Assembly: GCA_044345055.1 (NCBI GenBank)
Contig: JBIJBT010000078.1
Coordinates: 1 to 12,793 of the forward strand
Source of the DNA: Bdellovibrionota bacterium
Lineage (GTDB): Bacteria > Bdellovibrionota_C > UBA2361 > OMIW01
Direction of reading: 5' to 3'
Length of the DNA stretch: 12,793 bases
Shown here one piece after another: positions 1-8,348 of this stretch. Positions within the stretch are counted from its first letter, which is position 1; each line of letters begins with the position of its first letter. The position numbers were made by a program, and so were the translations under genes. The notes beneath the pieces are model-generated. The model worked only from the letters and a program-made list of their open reading frames with translations. It made no database searches and was not told where the DNA came from.

Positions 1-986
1 TAGATGTTGTATTCACTTTTATCGAGAAGTATAAGCCTAGCAGGTGAACATGAAAGAACTTGCCTTACTAATTCAGAGCCGATAGATCCACCAGCACCCG
101 TTATAAGCACTGTTTTGTCATGAATCTCAGCAAATATTAGAGGATCGTAAGTTACCCGAATATCCCGATCTAATACCTCCTCAACGGTAAGCTTTGTTTT
201 GGGCTCAAATGGATCAGAACACGCAATCTCCTCATAAGATTGAAGCTGTTTGAGAGGTATGTGGTGGGCATCACAGATCTCTTTTAGCTCCTCGAGCTTT
301 AGAGATGAGAGACCGGGAATAGCGATTATTACAGCGGCAATCTGAGGGTGCTGGCGAAGCACCGAATCAAGCAAAGAGAGTGGGCCCATAACTGGAATCT
401 GATGTACTTTGCACCGAGAGAGAGAGGGAGAGTCGTCGAGAAATCCGATCGGTACGAAGTTAAGCCGTGGCTGAGATAGAATTGTCCGAACAAAGAGATG
501 CCCAGAAACACCCGCCCCGATAACTAGCACCTCCCGTCGAGCAGCCTGCTGTGGTGAAGTAGAGGAGAATAGGTGCTCGCTAAGTGCTCGTATCGATAAT
601 CGACTACCAAAGACAAACAGAATTGAAAGAAGACATTCGCCGAGAACAACGGAGTGCGGAAGTATCGGAAGTACGCCAAAAGGAAGTGGGAGAACTAGCG
701 GTAACGAAGACATGATATGCGCTTTTGAGATAGCAATAGCTTCCGGAGGAGATGTATAACGCCATCGAGTGTGGAAGAGCTCATACCATCGGTAGGTGAG
801 AGCTCGTGTAATCAATAGCAGCAAAAGGGTCATCGCAACTTCTCGGGTTAAGAGTGAAAAGGGATGCCCCTCGAAACGCAGATATAGACTTGTTGTAAGC
901 GCAGCAACCGTTATCAGGGCGGTAGCCCCAAGAGCTAGTCGGTGATGGTTATGTGGAGTAAGGGAGCCTACCTGCTCGAGCTTCAT
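1..986 (-). CDS. PglF/CapD/WbpM-family nucleoside-diphosphate sugar epimerase/dehydratase (polysaccharide biosynthesis protein); 3' end lies outside the window
   Basis: Manual translation from ATG at 986 is open to the window edge: MKLEQVGSL..., hydrophobic N-terminal segments (LYLRFEG, RWRYTS), a first Rossmann-like motif EVLVIGAGVSG...IGFLDD, then KTVLITGAGGSIGSELVRQV...LILLDKSEYNI, characteristic of this family. SD GAGGAGG upstream. Confidence 0.93.
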   Translation of the reverse strand, partial: MKLEQVGSLTPHNHHRLALGATALITVAALTTSLYLRFEGHPFSLLTREVAMTLLLLLITRALTYRWYELFHTRWRYTSPPEAIAISKAHIMSSLPLVLPLPFGVLPILPHSVVLGECLLSILFVFGSRLSIRALSEHLFSSTSPQQAARREVLVIGAGVSGHLFVRTILSQPRLNFVPIGFLDDSPSLSRCKVHQIPVMGPLSLLDSVLRQHPQIAAVIIAIPGLSSLKLEELKEICDAHHIPLKQLQSYEEIACSDPFEPKTKLTVEEVLDRDIRVTYDPLIFAEIHDKTVLITGAGGSIGSELVRQVLSCSPARLILLDKSEYNI

Positions 987-993
987 AGTGTTT

Positions 994-1000
994 CCTCCTC
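994..1000 (-). promoter_or_regulatory. Shine-Dalgarno site of the dehydratase gene
   Basis: GAGGAGG on the minus strand, 7 nt before ATG 986. Confidence 0.85.
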
Positions 1001-1087
1001 GATTAATTTAACCCTTTTCCCGTGTACTGCGTGTCCGTGCGCTTTTCGCGTAAATAACAAATATTCCTATTTCTCAAGAACAAACCC

Positions 1088-2245
1088 TCAATCTGATTTA
1101 CTATTAAGTGCCTTGATAACTCGATCGATTATCTCTTCTTGCTCTGTTACCGTAAGTGATGATCCTGAGGGTAAACACAACCCGTGAGCAAAGAGCCTCT
1201 CGCTAACTCCATTTTCATAAGTAGGTGCTCTCGCAAAGAGTGGTTGCATGTGGAGCGGCTTCCATAGAGGACGCGATTCAATCCCGAAACGCGACAGTGC
1301 AAGACGCACACGATCTTTGGCATCTATCCCCCAGACCGCTTCATCAAATATTGCGGTCGTTAACCAGCGGTTTGAAAAATATCCCTGCGGCTCATCGAGA
1401 AATGAAATTCCAGGCTCTTTTGTTAGCTCCCTTTTATACCGATCGAAGATAGCTCGGCGCGCTGCGATACGATTGTTAAGGGCGCGAAGCTGCGCTCGTC
1501 CAATTGCGGCAGAAATGTTGCTGAGTCGATAGTTGTAGCCGAGGGTCGAGTGCTCGTAATGAGGAGCTGGGTCTCGGGCCTGCGAAGCAAGAAAGCGTGC
1601 TTGGTCGGCCATCCGCTCATTTCGGGTCAAAAGAGCACCACCCCCCGATGTTGTAATTATCTTATTCCCGTTAAATGAGAGAACACCAAAATCCCCAACT
1701 GTTCCGGTTGATCGCCCCTCGATCGAGGAGCCCAGAGATTCAGCTGCATCCTCAATAAGAGGTATTTGGTAACGATCAGCTATTGCAATGAGCTCTCGAA
1801 GCATAGCTGGCATACCGTACAGATGAACCGGAATAATAGCTTTTGGAACGCTATCTGTTTTTCGTATCCGATCAATAATCGCCTCCTCAAGAAGTGTAGG
1901 ACTCATATTCCAAGTTTTTTCCTCACTTCCGACAAAAACCGGTCGCGCTCCCAAATAAAGAGCTGGATTTGCTGTTGCCGCAAAGGTAAACGATTGCACG
2001 ATTACCTCATCTTTGTGCTCTATTCCGAGCAGGATAAGCGCAAGATGAATCGCCGCTGTTCCAGACGAGAGGCAAACAGCATGAGGCGCTCCAGTGATTG
2101 TTGCGATCTCCTCCTCGAGTTTATCAACGTGTGGTCCAAGAGGTGCGATCCAGTTTGATTGAATCGCCCGATCGATAAACGAGCTTTCTTCGCCACTCAT
2201 GTGCGGAGGTGACAACCAGATACGGGTTTGTTGCGCAGTACTCAT
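1088..2245 (-). CDS. DegT/DnrJ/EryC1/StrS-family PLP-dependent sugar aminotransferase (PglE/EpsN-like)
   Basis: RIWLSPPHMSG start, NWIAPLGP, LSSGTAAIHLAL, VHLYGMP, IEDAAESLG, SFNGNKIITTSGGG (PLP lysine), GYNYRLSN, ESRPLWKPLHMQP, GLCLPSGS. Confidence 0.95.
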   Translation of the reverse strand: MSTAQQTRIWLSPPHMSGEESSFIDRAIQSNWIAPLGPHVDKLEEEIATITGAPHAVCLSSGTAAIHLALILLGIEHKDEVIVQSFTFAATANPALYLGARPVFVGSEEKTWNMSPTLLEEAIIDRIRKTDSVPKAIIPVHLYGMPAMLRELIAIADRYQIPLIEDAAESLGSSIEGRSTGTVGDFGVLSFNGNKIITTSGGGALLTRNERMADQARFLASQARDPAPHYEHSTLGYNYRLSNISAAIGRAQLRALNNRIAARRAIFDRYKRELTKEPGISFLDEPQGYFSNRWLTTAIFDEAVWGIDAKDRVRLALSRFGIESRPLWKPLHMQPLFARAPTYENGVSERLFAHGLCLPSGSSLTVTEQEEIIDRVIKALNSKSD

Positions 2246-2825
2246 AAAGTAGCTACCTCCTTAAGTATATTTTGGTGGGAAAAATGAGAGGATGGCCGAA
2301 GATTAATCCTCAGGGGGGTGGGTAGAGAGTGCTTTTCAAATTCGTGAAAAAACCGATCATCCGATTGCATAACGCCCCTCAGGGAGTAGTCGCTCTACCT
2401 TTTTTCTTGCAGAGATCGGGGTGGCTAACAATAGAAAAAGAACTTCTCTATCAATTTAATTTGCCGCAGCAATAGAATTTTTCTGAGTGAAGATCGGGCT
2501 TACATTCGGCGATATTCTAAGTGACTGGATTTATAGCTGCTCTTTCGGTTTTTATCTTGAGATCTCGGAGCGTGTCTGACTAACCCACCAAAAAGTTCAC
2601 CTGCTTCGAAAACAAAATTAGTGTTGAGTATCGCCATTTTTGTGTCGATAGCCTTGGTGGAGTCAAAGGGAATTGGCATTCATTCTATGGTCATAATCGG
2701 CCATCCTAATGAGGTTTATTTGAGAGGTTTTAGAGAAGCGAAGCTTCATCAATATTTTTTGAGCTATTTCGAAAAATGCTTATCCAGGGATAGGTATAAC
2801 TAATTCAATATCTTAGCGAAGTCAG
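2246..2825. promoter_or_regulatory. Divergent promoter/intergenic region containing several repeated motifs
   Basis: 580 nt between divergent starts (2245 minus, 2826 plus); more AT-rich than flanking genes; no convincing CDS. Exact promoter elements not identified. Confidence 0.6.
2255..2262 (-). promoter_or_regulatory. Shine-Dalgarno site of the aminotransferase gene
   Basis: AAGGAGGT on the minus strand, 9 nt before ATG 2245. Confidence 0.88.
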
Positions 2826-3395
2826 ATGGCGAGATTAGAAGAAAAAGATGATGAAGTGTGTTCATCTCCTTATATAGGATGGACATTAGAGGACAGATTA
2901 GCCGAGCGTACGGCTTTTGTTGCTCGTTTTGTTGTTTTGAGGGAGGGCAAGCGGTCTCGGGCTCACCGAAAGATTGAGAGGATGGTTTGGGGAGTTGAGA
3001 CAACGGCTCGCGATTTAGCTCTCGCGTTTAAGATAGTTTTTCTGCAGAATGGTGATAGATCGCCACCGGTTGATCGCGATTTGAGACGAGCTTTGCTCCA
3101 TGCTCAGCGTGCGCATCGATTTTTTCGTCTTGAGTACGCAAAGCGATCCACCGATTCGTTTGTTGATGCACTCGTGGATTACGAGCGCTCTAATGTTTTG
3201 TTATTTGGATCGATAGCGGGTCAACGTCCTGGTGGTTGGCGGCCAGCAAAAGAGCTGCTTGGCGAGGCTGAATCGCTCTCCGTTTCCCAGCTTCTATCAT
3301 CTGCTGGAGCGCTACTCGCTGAAGCAACCCTACCAAATCTTGAGGGGGAAGATGATGACGATTCAACAGATTCTGAAGATGAGCTCAGAGAGTAA
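2826..3395 (+). CDS. Hypothetical protein, 189 aa, with acidic C-terminal tail
   Basis: Long ORF co-oriented with and 29 nt upstream of the next gene; protein-like composition; ends EGEDDDDSTDSEDELRE; no family recognised. Confidence 0.7.
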   Translation: MARLEEKDDEVCSSPYIGWTLEDRLAERTAFVARFVVLREGKRSRAHRKIERMVWGVETTARDLALAFKIVFLQNGDRSPPVDRDLRRALLHAQRAHRFFRLEYAKRSTDSFVDALVDYERSNVLLFGSIAGQRPGGWRPAKELLGEAESLSVSQLLSSAGALLAEATLPNLEGEDDDDSTDSEDELRE

Positions 3396-3424
3396 AAGAA
3401 TGTGCACCTGTTCGGGTTGGTGCT

Positions 3425-3709
3425 ATGACTGATTCCGAAAAAAAGGCAGTAGCTCTCAGGTACGGAGAGGAGGATGATGCTCCAAGAATTCTCGCCTCCG
3501 GTTCAGGGTATCTCGCAGAGCGGATAGAGGCACTTGCACGCGAGCACGGCATCCCTGCAGTAAAAAACACACTTCTTACCGATCTTCTTTCAATATTAGA
3601 GCCAGGTACCACGATACCCTCCGATGCGTATCGCTTAGTAGCCGAGATTCTCGCCTTTCTCTATCGAACCGATATCCGTTTTCGTGAAAGTCACCGATTT
3701 ATGGGGTGA
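3425..3709 (+). CDS. Stand-alone FlhB C-terminal domain protein (FlhX/YlqH-like; EscU/YscU/HrcU family)
   Basis: KKAVALRY...APRILASGSGYLAERIEALAREHGIP...L...IP..AYRLVAEILAFLY matches the FlhB-CC pattern; 94 aa, no TM region, no NPTH site. Confidence 0.92.
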   Translation: MTDSEKKAVALRYGEEDDAPRILASGSGYLAERIEALAREHGIPAVKNTLLTDLLSILEPGTTIPSDAYRLVAEILAFLYRTDIRFRESHRFMG

Positions 3710-3870
3710 GAAGAAGGTTGCCGCCACTGAACATCTTAAAGCGCAATCAATAGCTCCGCCGAACCTCTCATCTCACCCTCTCAAAAAACTATTGCGCTGC
3801 TCTTACAACGTGCTAAAAGAAGATCGAGCCCCTCGCCAGTTTTACGTTACTGCACCCTCGGCCCCACAAT

Positions 3871-4911
3871 ATGCCCTCACCAATACCCCAAAGTCCCGCG
3901 GAGTCCGGTGATTCACATCGGTCAGAGAATCGACATAAGGCAAATGGAGCTCTTCCCGATTGCGATCACTGTTTAGCAGTCCCTCATCATCACGACTCGC
4001 AATCTTCCGCTCCACATTGGTCTGATCTTTTAGTTGCACCATCAATTGCGCTGAGCACCGCACTTTTGTGCGCGGCGCCTATTCTCAACAATTTAAATAT
4101 AAAACCTCCGACACCCTCTACGTCGTCGCCTTCTATCCTTACTCAGAGAGCTAGGCAAAGTCCCGAGATTGCTATTGCTGCAAAGCTAGGTCACATCTCT
4201 CACAGCTCATTTTTGGCGAAGCTTCGCACACGCGGGTATACCGCCTATGCGATAAGCCCCAATGGCGTTCAGATTCTTTATTCAAATCCAACCGCAAAGA
4301 ATGCCGATTCACCCCTTAGTTCTCTCAAACGAGATCGAAGCACACTTGTAACTAGTGGTACATTTACTGCAGGCGATTACATCCAGTCGGTAGGGCCCGT
4401 ACTACGAGAGGGGAAGCTCGATACTGAAGGTGTAGCAAAGGGGTCTCATCGGGGCGGCATTGCTGTTTATGACGATGGAACCTTCGCATTAGGTCGCACC
4501 AACGGCGGAAATCTTCCCGCGATACAGGAGCATTTTTTTCGCCCAGGTCGATCGGTGCACTCTCTTTTGGGTGGAGGCGCTCTTTTAATCGAACAGGGTT
4601 CAGCGGTTTCATCCCTGGATCTCATGACTCGACAGCGCTTTAGTCAAGGTGGATTTGGTATCGATGCTACTCAGATGCGGAAAACTAATCACCTTATTCT
4701 TGGAGTCAGAGATGGCTACTGTTTTGTAATGATTGCTCACAAAAAAAACGGGCGTGAAATTCAGAATGACCTGCTCTCTCTAAAGTTTGAGAGTGCCGTG
4801 AAGTTCGATGGTGGTTCGGGTCTTTTTGTGAACGACCGACCAGGAGGCTCTCCCCGCTACAGAGGAAGCAATACGACCGGTTTACTAATTAAGAAATGGG
4901 GCGTTTTGTAG
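3871..4911 (+). CDS. Phosphodiester glycosidase (NAGPA/DUF2233-like) family protein, probably membrane anchored
   Basis: C-terminal GGGALLIEQG...RKTNHLILGV...AVKFDGGSG resembles the family GP.L...R+.+G...NLDGGGS motifs; hydrophobic stretch LLVAPSIALSTALLCAAPIL followed by a Pro/Ser/Thr linker; start codon uncertain. Confidence 0.7.
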   Translation: MPSPIPQSPAESGDSHRSENRHKANGALPDCDHCLAVPHHHDSQSSAPHWSDLLVAPSIALSTALLCAAPILNNLNIKPPTPSTSSPSILTQRARQSPEIAIAAKLGHISHSSFLAKLRTRGYTAYAISPNGVQILYSNPTAKNADSPLSSLKRDRSTLVTSGTFTAGDYIQSVGPVLREGKLDTEGVAKGSHRGGIAVYDDGTFALGRTNGGNLPAIQEHFFRPGRSVHSLLGGGALLIEQGSAVSSLDLMTRQRFSQGGFGIDATQMRKTNHLILGVRDGYCFVMIAHKKNGREIQNDLLSLKFESAVKFDGGSGLFVNDRPGGSPRYRGSNTTGLLIKKWGVL

Positions 4912-5042
4912 GACTCTTTTAGCGCTCCCTCAGCGCATCATTGAGTGAAATTCTCTAGTCACACTTGGCGCTGTATGCGCCTTTCGCCAGCTGTGCTAAT
5001 CTCCGGTCCCGAGCTATTTCAATTTACTCTGAAGGTACCGTG

Positions 5043-5927
5043 ATGTTTCCTGAAGAACCTGACGATCTTTTTTCCGAGCGTTTGTCATCAACGGCTGATC
5101 TACACGAGCTGCAGCCTATACGCCGAGTTGCTCGACGAGCTGTTGCTGCTGCAGCGCGAGCGATCGTGGCGATAAGGGAGAGCGGTGAGCTCGGTGAGCG
5201 CTCAAAAAATCCCCGCGATATCGTAACGCGCGCCGATCTAGAAGCGGAGCGTATTGCACTTGGTATTATTGGTGAGGCATTCCCTGAAGATCGATTTATA
5301 TCGGAAGAATCGTTCGGTCTTGACCAGACCGCTGAGCAATGGGAAACGAGCCAAAAGCCACTTGAGCTACGCTCATGGGTGCTTGACCCGATTGACGGGA
5401 CGGTGAACTATGCGCACGGGTCACCACTAGTAGGTATTTCACTCGCGTGGGGATATGCGGGCAAGGTACGTTATGGAATTGTAGCTGTTCCGTTTCTTGG
5501 TCTTGTTTACGAAGGCGGCCTCTCGGCGGGGGCATACTGTAACGGAATTCCCCTTAATGCGAGCATTCGCGATGAGCTTTCTTCATCGCTCATCGCGACC
5601 GGATTTCCTTACGAGCGCACCGCACTCGACCCGCTTCTTGCGCGGGTGCGAAAGATATTGACCCACTGTCAGGACCTTCGGCGCTGCGGTGCTGCCTCGC
5701 TCGATCTCTGCTTTGTAGCTGAGGGTACATTTGAGGGTTACGTTGAGGATGTTCAACCGTGGGATATGGCTGCGGGACTCCTCATAGCGCAGGAAGCGGG
5801 AGCAAAAGTTGGTTGGTGCGGTAACGAAAATCCGTTATCTCTGCCACCTTCCCTCAGAGGCACGGGGCTGCTCGTTGCCGCTCCAGGTGTGTTCGGAGCG
5901 ATGATGGAGCTATTTGGTGAGGCTTGA
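5043..5927 (+). CDS. suhB: Inositol monophosphatase family protein (SuhB-like)
   Basis: DIVTRAD, ISEE, WVLDPIDGTVNYAHG, IATGFPY, RRCGAASLDLCFVAEG, PWDMAAGLLIAQEAG; start moved from TTG 4965 to ATG 5043 (or GTG 5040), with GAAGG upstream. Confidence 0.9.
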   Translation: MFPEEPDDLFSERLSSTADLHELQPIRRVARRAVAAAARAIVAIRESGELGERSKNPRDIVTRADLEAERIALGIIGEAFPEDRFISEESFGLDQTAEQWETSQKPLELRSWVLDPIDGTVNYAHGSPLVGISLAWGYAGKVRYGIVAVPFLGLVYEGGLSAGAYCNGIPLNASIRDELSSSLIATGFPYERTALDPLLARVRKILTHCQDLRRCGAASLDLCFVAEGTFEGYVEDVQPWDMAAGLLIAQEAGAKVGWCGNENPLSLPPSLRGTGLLVAAPGVFGAMMELFGEA

Positions 5928-6015
5928 ACGCGATTAGCTCCATTTACTAATAAAATCAAACCCGAGTGAATTCATTTAGCGAATATCAAAAAAGTTAAAA
6001 AGGGGACTTAGACCT

Positions 6016-7299
6016 ATGATCGATCTCGCAGATCTTCGACAACGACCGGAGGCTTACCAAACAGCAGCAGATAAAAAAGGTATCGCGATATCTATAAAAG
6101 AATTTCTCGATCTCGATGGGAGATATCGTGAGACCCTCACCGCATTTGAGCAGCAACGGGCGCGACAAAACGCATTCAGCAAAGAGGTGAGCTCTCTTAA
6201 AGGAGAGGAAAAAAATCTAAAACTCGCTGAGGTTAAGGAGCTAGCTCAAAGGGTCAAGGAGCTCGCCGAGGAAGCTCGGGTTGTCGAGGAGGAGTGGCGC
6301 GCATTTCAGCTAAGGATTCCATCGATACCGCTCGACTCCGTACCTTTGGGGCGCACTGATGCAGAGAATGTGTTGATGCGTGAGGTGGGGGAGCGACCTG
6401 AGTTTCACTTTACCCCACGTGATCACGTTGAGCTCGGGCGAATGCATCGACTTTTTGATATTGAGCGAGGGGTGCAGGTCGCGGGAAGCCGGAGCTATTT
6501 TCTCACAGGAAATGGGGTCCGTTTACAACACGCCGTGATGTCGCTTGCGATGGATCTTCTCCATCGCAAAGGGTATCTACTAATGGATCCCCCACATATC
6601 GTGAAGTACGACGCGATGATGGGGACCGGCTATTTGCCGGGAGATGAAGATGCTGCATATCGGCTCGACGACCGCGATCCTCAGAGCTACCTTATCGGCA
6701 CATCTGAGGTCGCTGTTTGTTCATTTCATGCGGGTGAATTTCTTAGCAGAGAAGAGCTTCCGAAGCGATACGCCGGCTACTCGCCCTGTTATCGGCGTGA
6801 AGCAGGTACCTACGGAAAAGATACCGCTGGATTATATCGGGTGCATCAATTTTATAAGGTCGAGCAGGTTATTCTCTGTCTTGCAGATCCTGAAGAGAGT
6901 GCAAGGATGCACGCAGAGTTGCTCGGAAACGCAGAGGAAATATTACAGCTTCTCGAGCTTCCTTATCGGGTTGTTGCAGTGTGCACCGGAGATATGGGGA
7001 AGGGGCAGGTATACAAAAATGACATCGAGAGCTGGATGCCTTCCCGCAAAGGGTACGGCGAAACCCACAGCTGCTCTACCTTTTACGATTTTCAGAGCCG
7101 TCGACTCGGGATTCGGTACAAGGATAGTGATGGGAAAAATGCGTACGTTCATACTCTGAACAATACCCTTGTTGCATCTCCCCGTATTCTTATTGCTCTC
7201 CTCGAAAATCATCAGCAAGAGGATGGTTCAATTCGGGTTCCAGCGGCGTTGCGCCCTTATCTCGGCGGTGAATCGGTGTGGAGCGTTACTAATGGTTGA
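6016..7299 (+). CDS. serS: Serine--tRNA ligase
   Basis: N-terminal coiled-coil arm, DHVELG, YLIGTSEV (TxE), motif 2 CYRREAG...GLYRVHQFYKVEQ, ETHSCS, HTLNNT...RILIALLENHQQEDGSIRVPAALRPYLG; SD AGGGGA. Confidence 0.98.
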   Translation: MIDLADLRQRPEAYQTAADKKGIAISIKEFLDLDGRYRETLTAFEQQRARQNAFSKEVSSLKGEEKNLKLAEVKELAQRVKELAEEARVVEEEWRAFQLRIPSIPLDSVPLGRTDAENVLMREVGERPEFHFTPRDHVELGRMHRLFDIERGVQVAGSRSYFLTGNGVRLQHAVMSLAMDLLHRKGYLLMDPPHIVKYDAMMGTGYLPGDEDAAYRLDDRDPQSYLIGTSEVAVCSFHAGEFLSREELPKRYAGYSPCYRREAGTYGKDTAGLYRVHQFYKVEQVILCLADPEESARMHAELLGNAEEILQLLELPYRVVAVCTGDMGKGQVYKNDIESWMPSRKGYGETHSCSTFYDFQSRRLGIRYKDSDGKNAYVHTLNNTLVASPRILIALLENHQQEDGSIRVPAALRPYLGGESVWSVTNG

Positions 7300-8335
7300 G
7301 GATTCGCTTCTAATCAGAGCCCTTAAAGGTGAGCGCGGGGAGCGGCCCCCTGTCTGGTTTATGAGACAGGCGGGGCGATATCTTCCTGAGTATCGAGCGG
7401 TTCGGGAGCGTCACACGATGCTTGAGGTAATCCGCACGCCGGAACTTGCTGCACAGGTGACCCTTCAACCACTCGAGCGATTTGCACTCGATGGGGCGAT
7501 TATTTTCGCCGATATTCTCAATCCCCTTATCGGGATGGGAATTGAGCTCGATTTTGTCGAGGGCGAGGGCCCCAAGATATTTAATCCGATAAAAAGTCCT
7601 GCTGATATTGAAAAGCTTTTGGTGCCCGATCCTGAGAAAAATACGGGCTACACACTTGAAGCTATAAAGCGAGTCGTCTCACAGCTTGTCCCACGAGGCA
7701 TACCACTGCTTGGATTTGCGGGAGCTCCCTTTACCCTTGCGTGGTATGCGCTAGGCGAATCCGGAAAAACCGCTCACGGGCGGGCGATTAAGGATATGAT
7801 CTATCACCATCCCAAGGCGTGGAACACCTTAATGGATCGACTAGTTGAGATGGTAGCAACTTACCTGATTGCGCAGGTAGAAGCGGGTGTTTCAGCTGTT
7901 CAGATATTTGATTCATGGGTGGGAGTGTGTGCACCGAGCACATATCGACACGCGGTATTTCCATCGGTTCTTGAGCTTGTTACTCGGGTCCGTAAAGCCA
8001 CCTCTGTTCCAATCGTGTATTTTCCTCTTGGAGGAATAGGGCTTGCCGATTCGGTGCGCGAACTTCCAGTTGATGCGGTGAGTGTTGATTGGCGTGTCTC
8101 TTTGCCGAGCGCAGATGCTGCTTATCAGCACCGTTTTTCATTGCAGGGAAATCTCGATCCGGTCCTTCTCTTTTCTCCGCTATCAGTTATTCGTGAAGAG
8201 ACGTGCCGTATTCTTGATGAGGGAGCCACTATTTCTCGTCCTCATATCATGAATCTTGGTCACGGTCTTTTACCACATACTCCAGTCGAGGCGGTCGCAA
8301 AGGTAGTGGAATTGGTGCGAGGATATCGATATTAG
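7292..8335 (+). CDS. hemE: Uroporphyrinogen decarboxylase
   Basis: PVWFMRQAGRYLPEYR, AIIFADIL, LLGFAGAPFTLAWY, VQIFDSW, LQGNLDP, HIMNLGHG; true start is probably ATG 7292 (overlaps the serS end by 8 nt), not 7169. Confidence 0.97.
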   Translation: MVEDSLLIRALKGERGERPPVWFMRQAGRYLPEYRAVRERHTMLEVIRTPELAAQVTLQPLERFALDGAIIFADILNPLIGMGIELDFVEGEGPKIFNPIKSPADIEKLLVPDPEKNTGYTLEAIKRVVSQLVPRGIPLLGFAGAPFTLAWYALGESGKTAHGRAIKDMIYHHPKAWNTLMDRLVEMVATYLIAQVEAGVSAVQIFDSWVGVCAPSTYRHAVFPSVLELVTRVRKATSVPIVYFPLGGIGLADSVRELPVDAVSVDWRVSLPSADAAYQHRFSLQGNLDPVLLFSPLSVIREETCRILDEGATISRPHIMNLGHGLLPHTPVEAVAKVVELVRGYRY

Positions 8336-8348
8336 GGGAAGCTGGTCT

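Noticed and set aside
2621..2803. 60-aa ORF in the divergent intergenic region
   Set aside because: GTG start without SD, no recognisable features; cannot be supported
3961..3975. CDHC as a heme c attachment site
   Set aside because: Reads CDHCL, not CxxCH, and precedes the predicted membrane anchor
4965..5042. TTG start for suhB and a GG-N10-GC sigma-54-like spacing at 4967
   Set aside because: A better start with an SD-like sequence exists at 5040/5043; the motif lacks the TTGC consensus
5928..6015. T-box leader upstream of serS
   Set aside because: Only 88 nt long, with no T-box consensus or terminator
6644..7159. 171-aa alternative-frame ORF within serS, and the other short overlapping ORFs in the track
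   Set aside because: Shadow frames of well-supported genes with no recognisable motifs
7169..7291. 41-aa N-terminal extension of hemE in the ORF track
   Set aside because: Lies inside serS; HemE homology begins at MVEDSLLIRALKG (ATG 7292)
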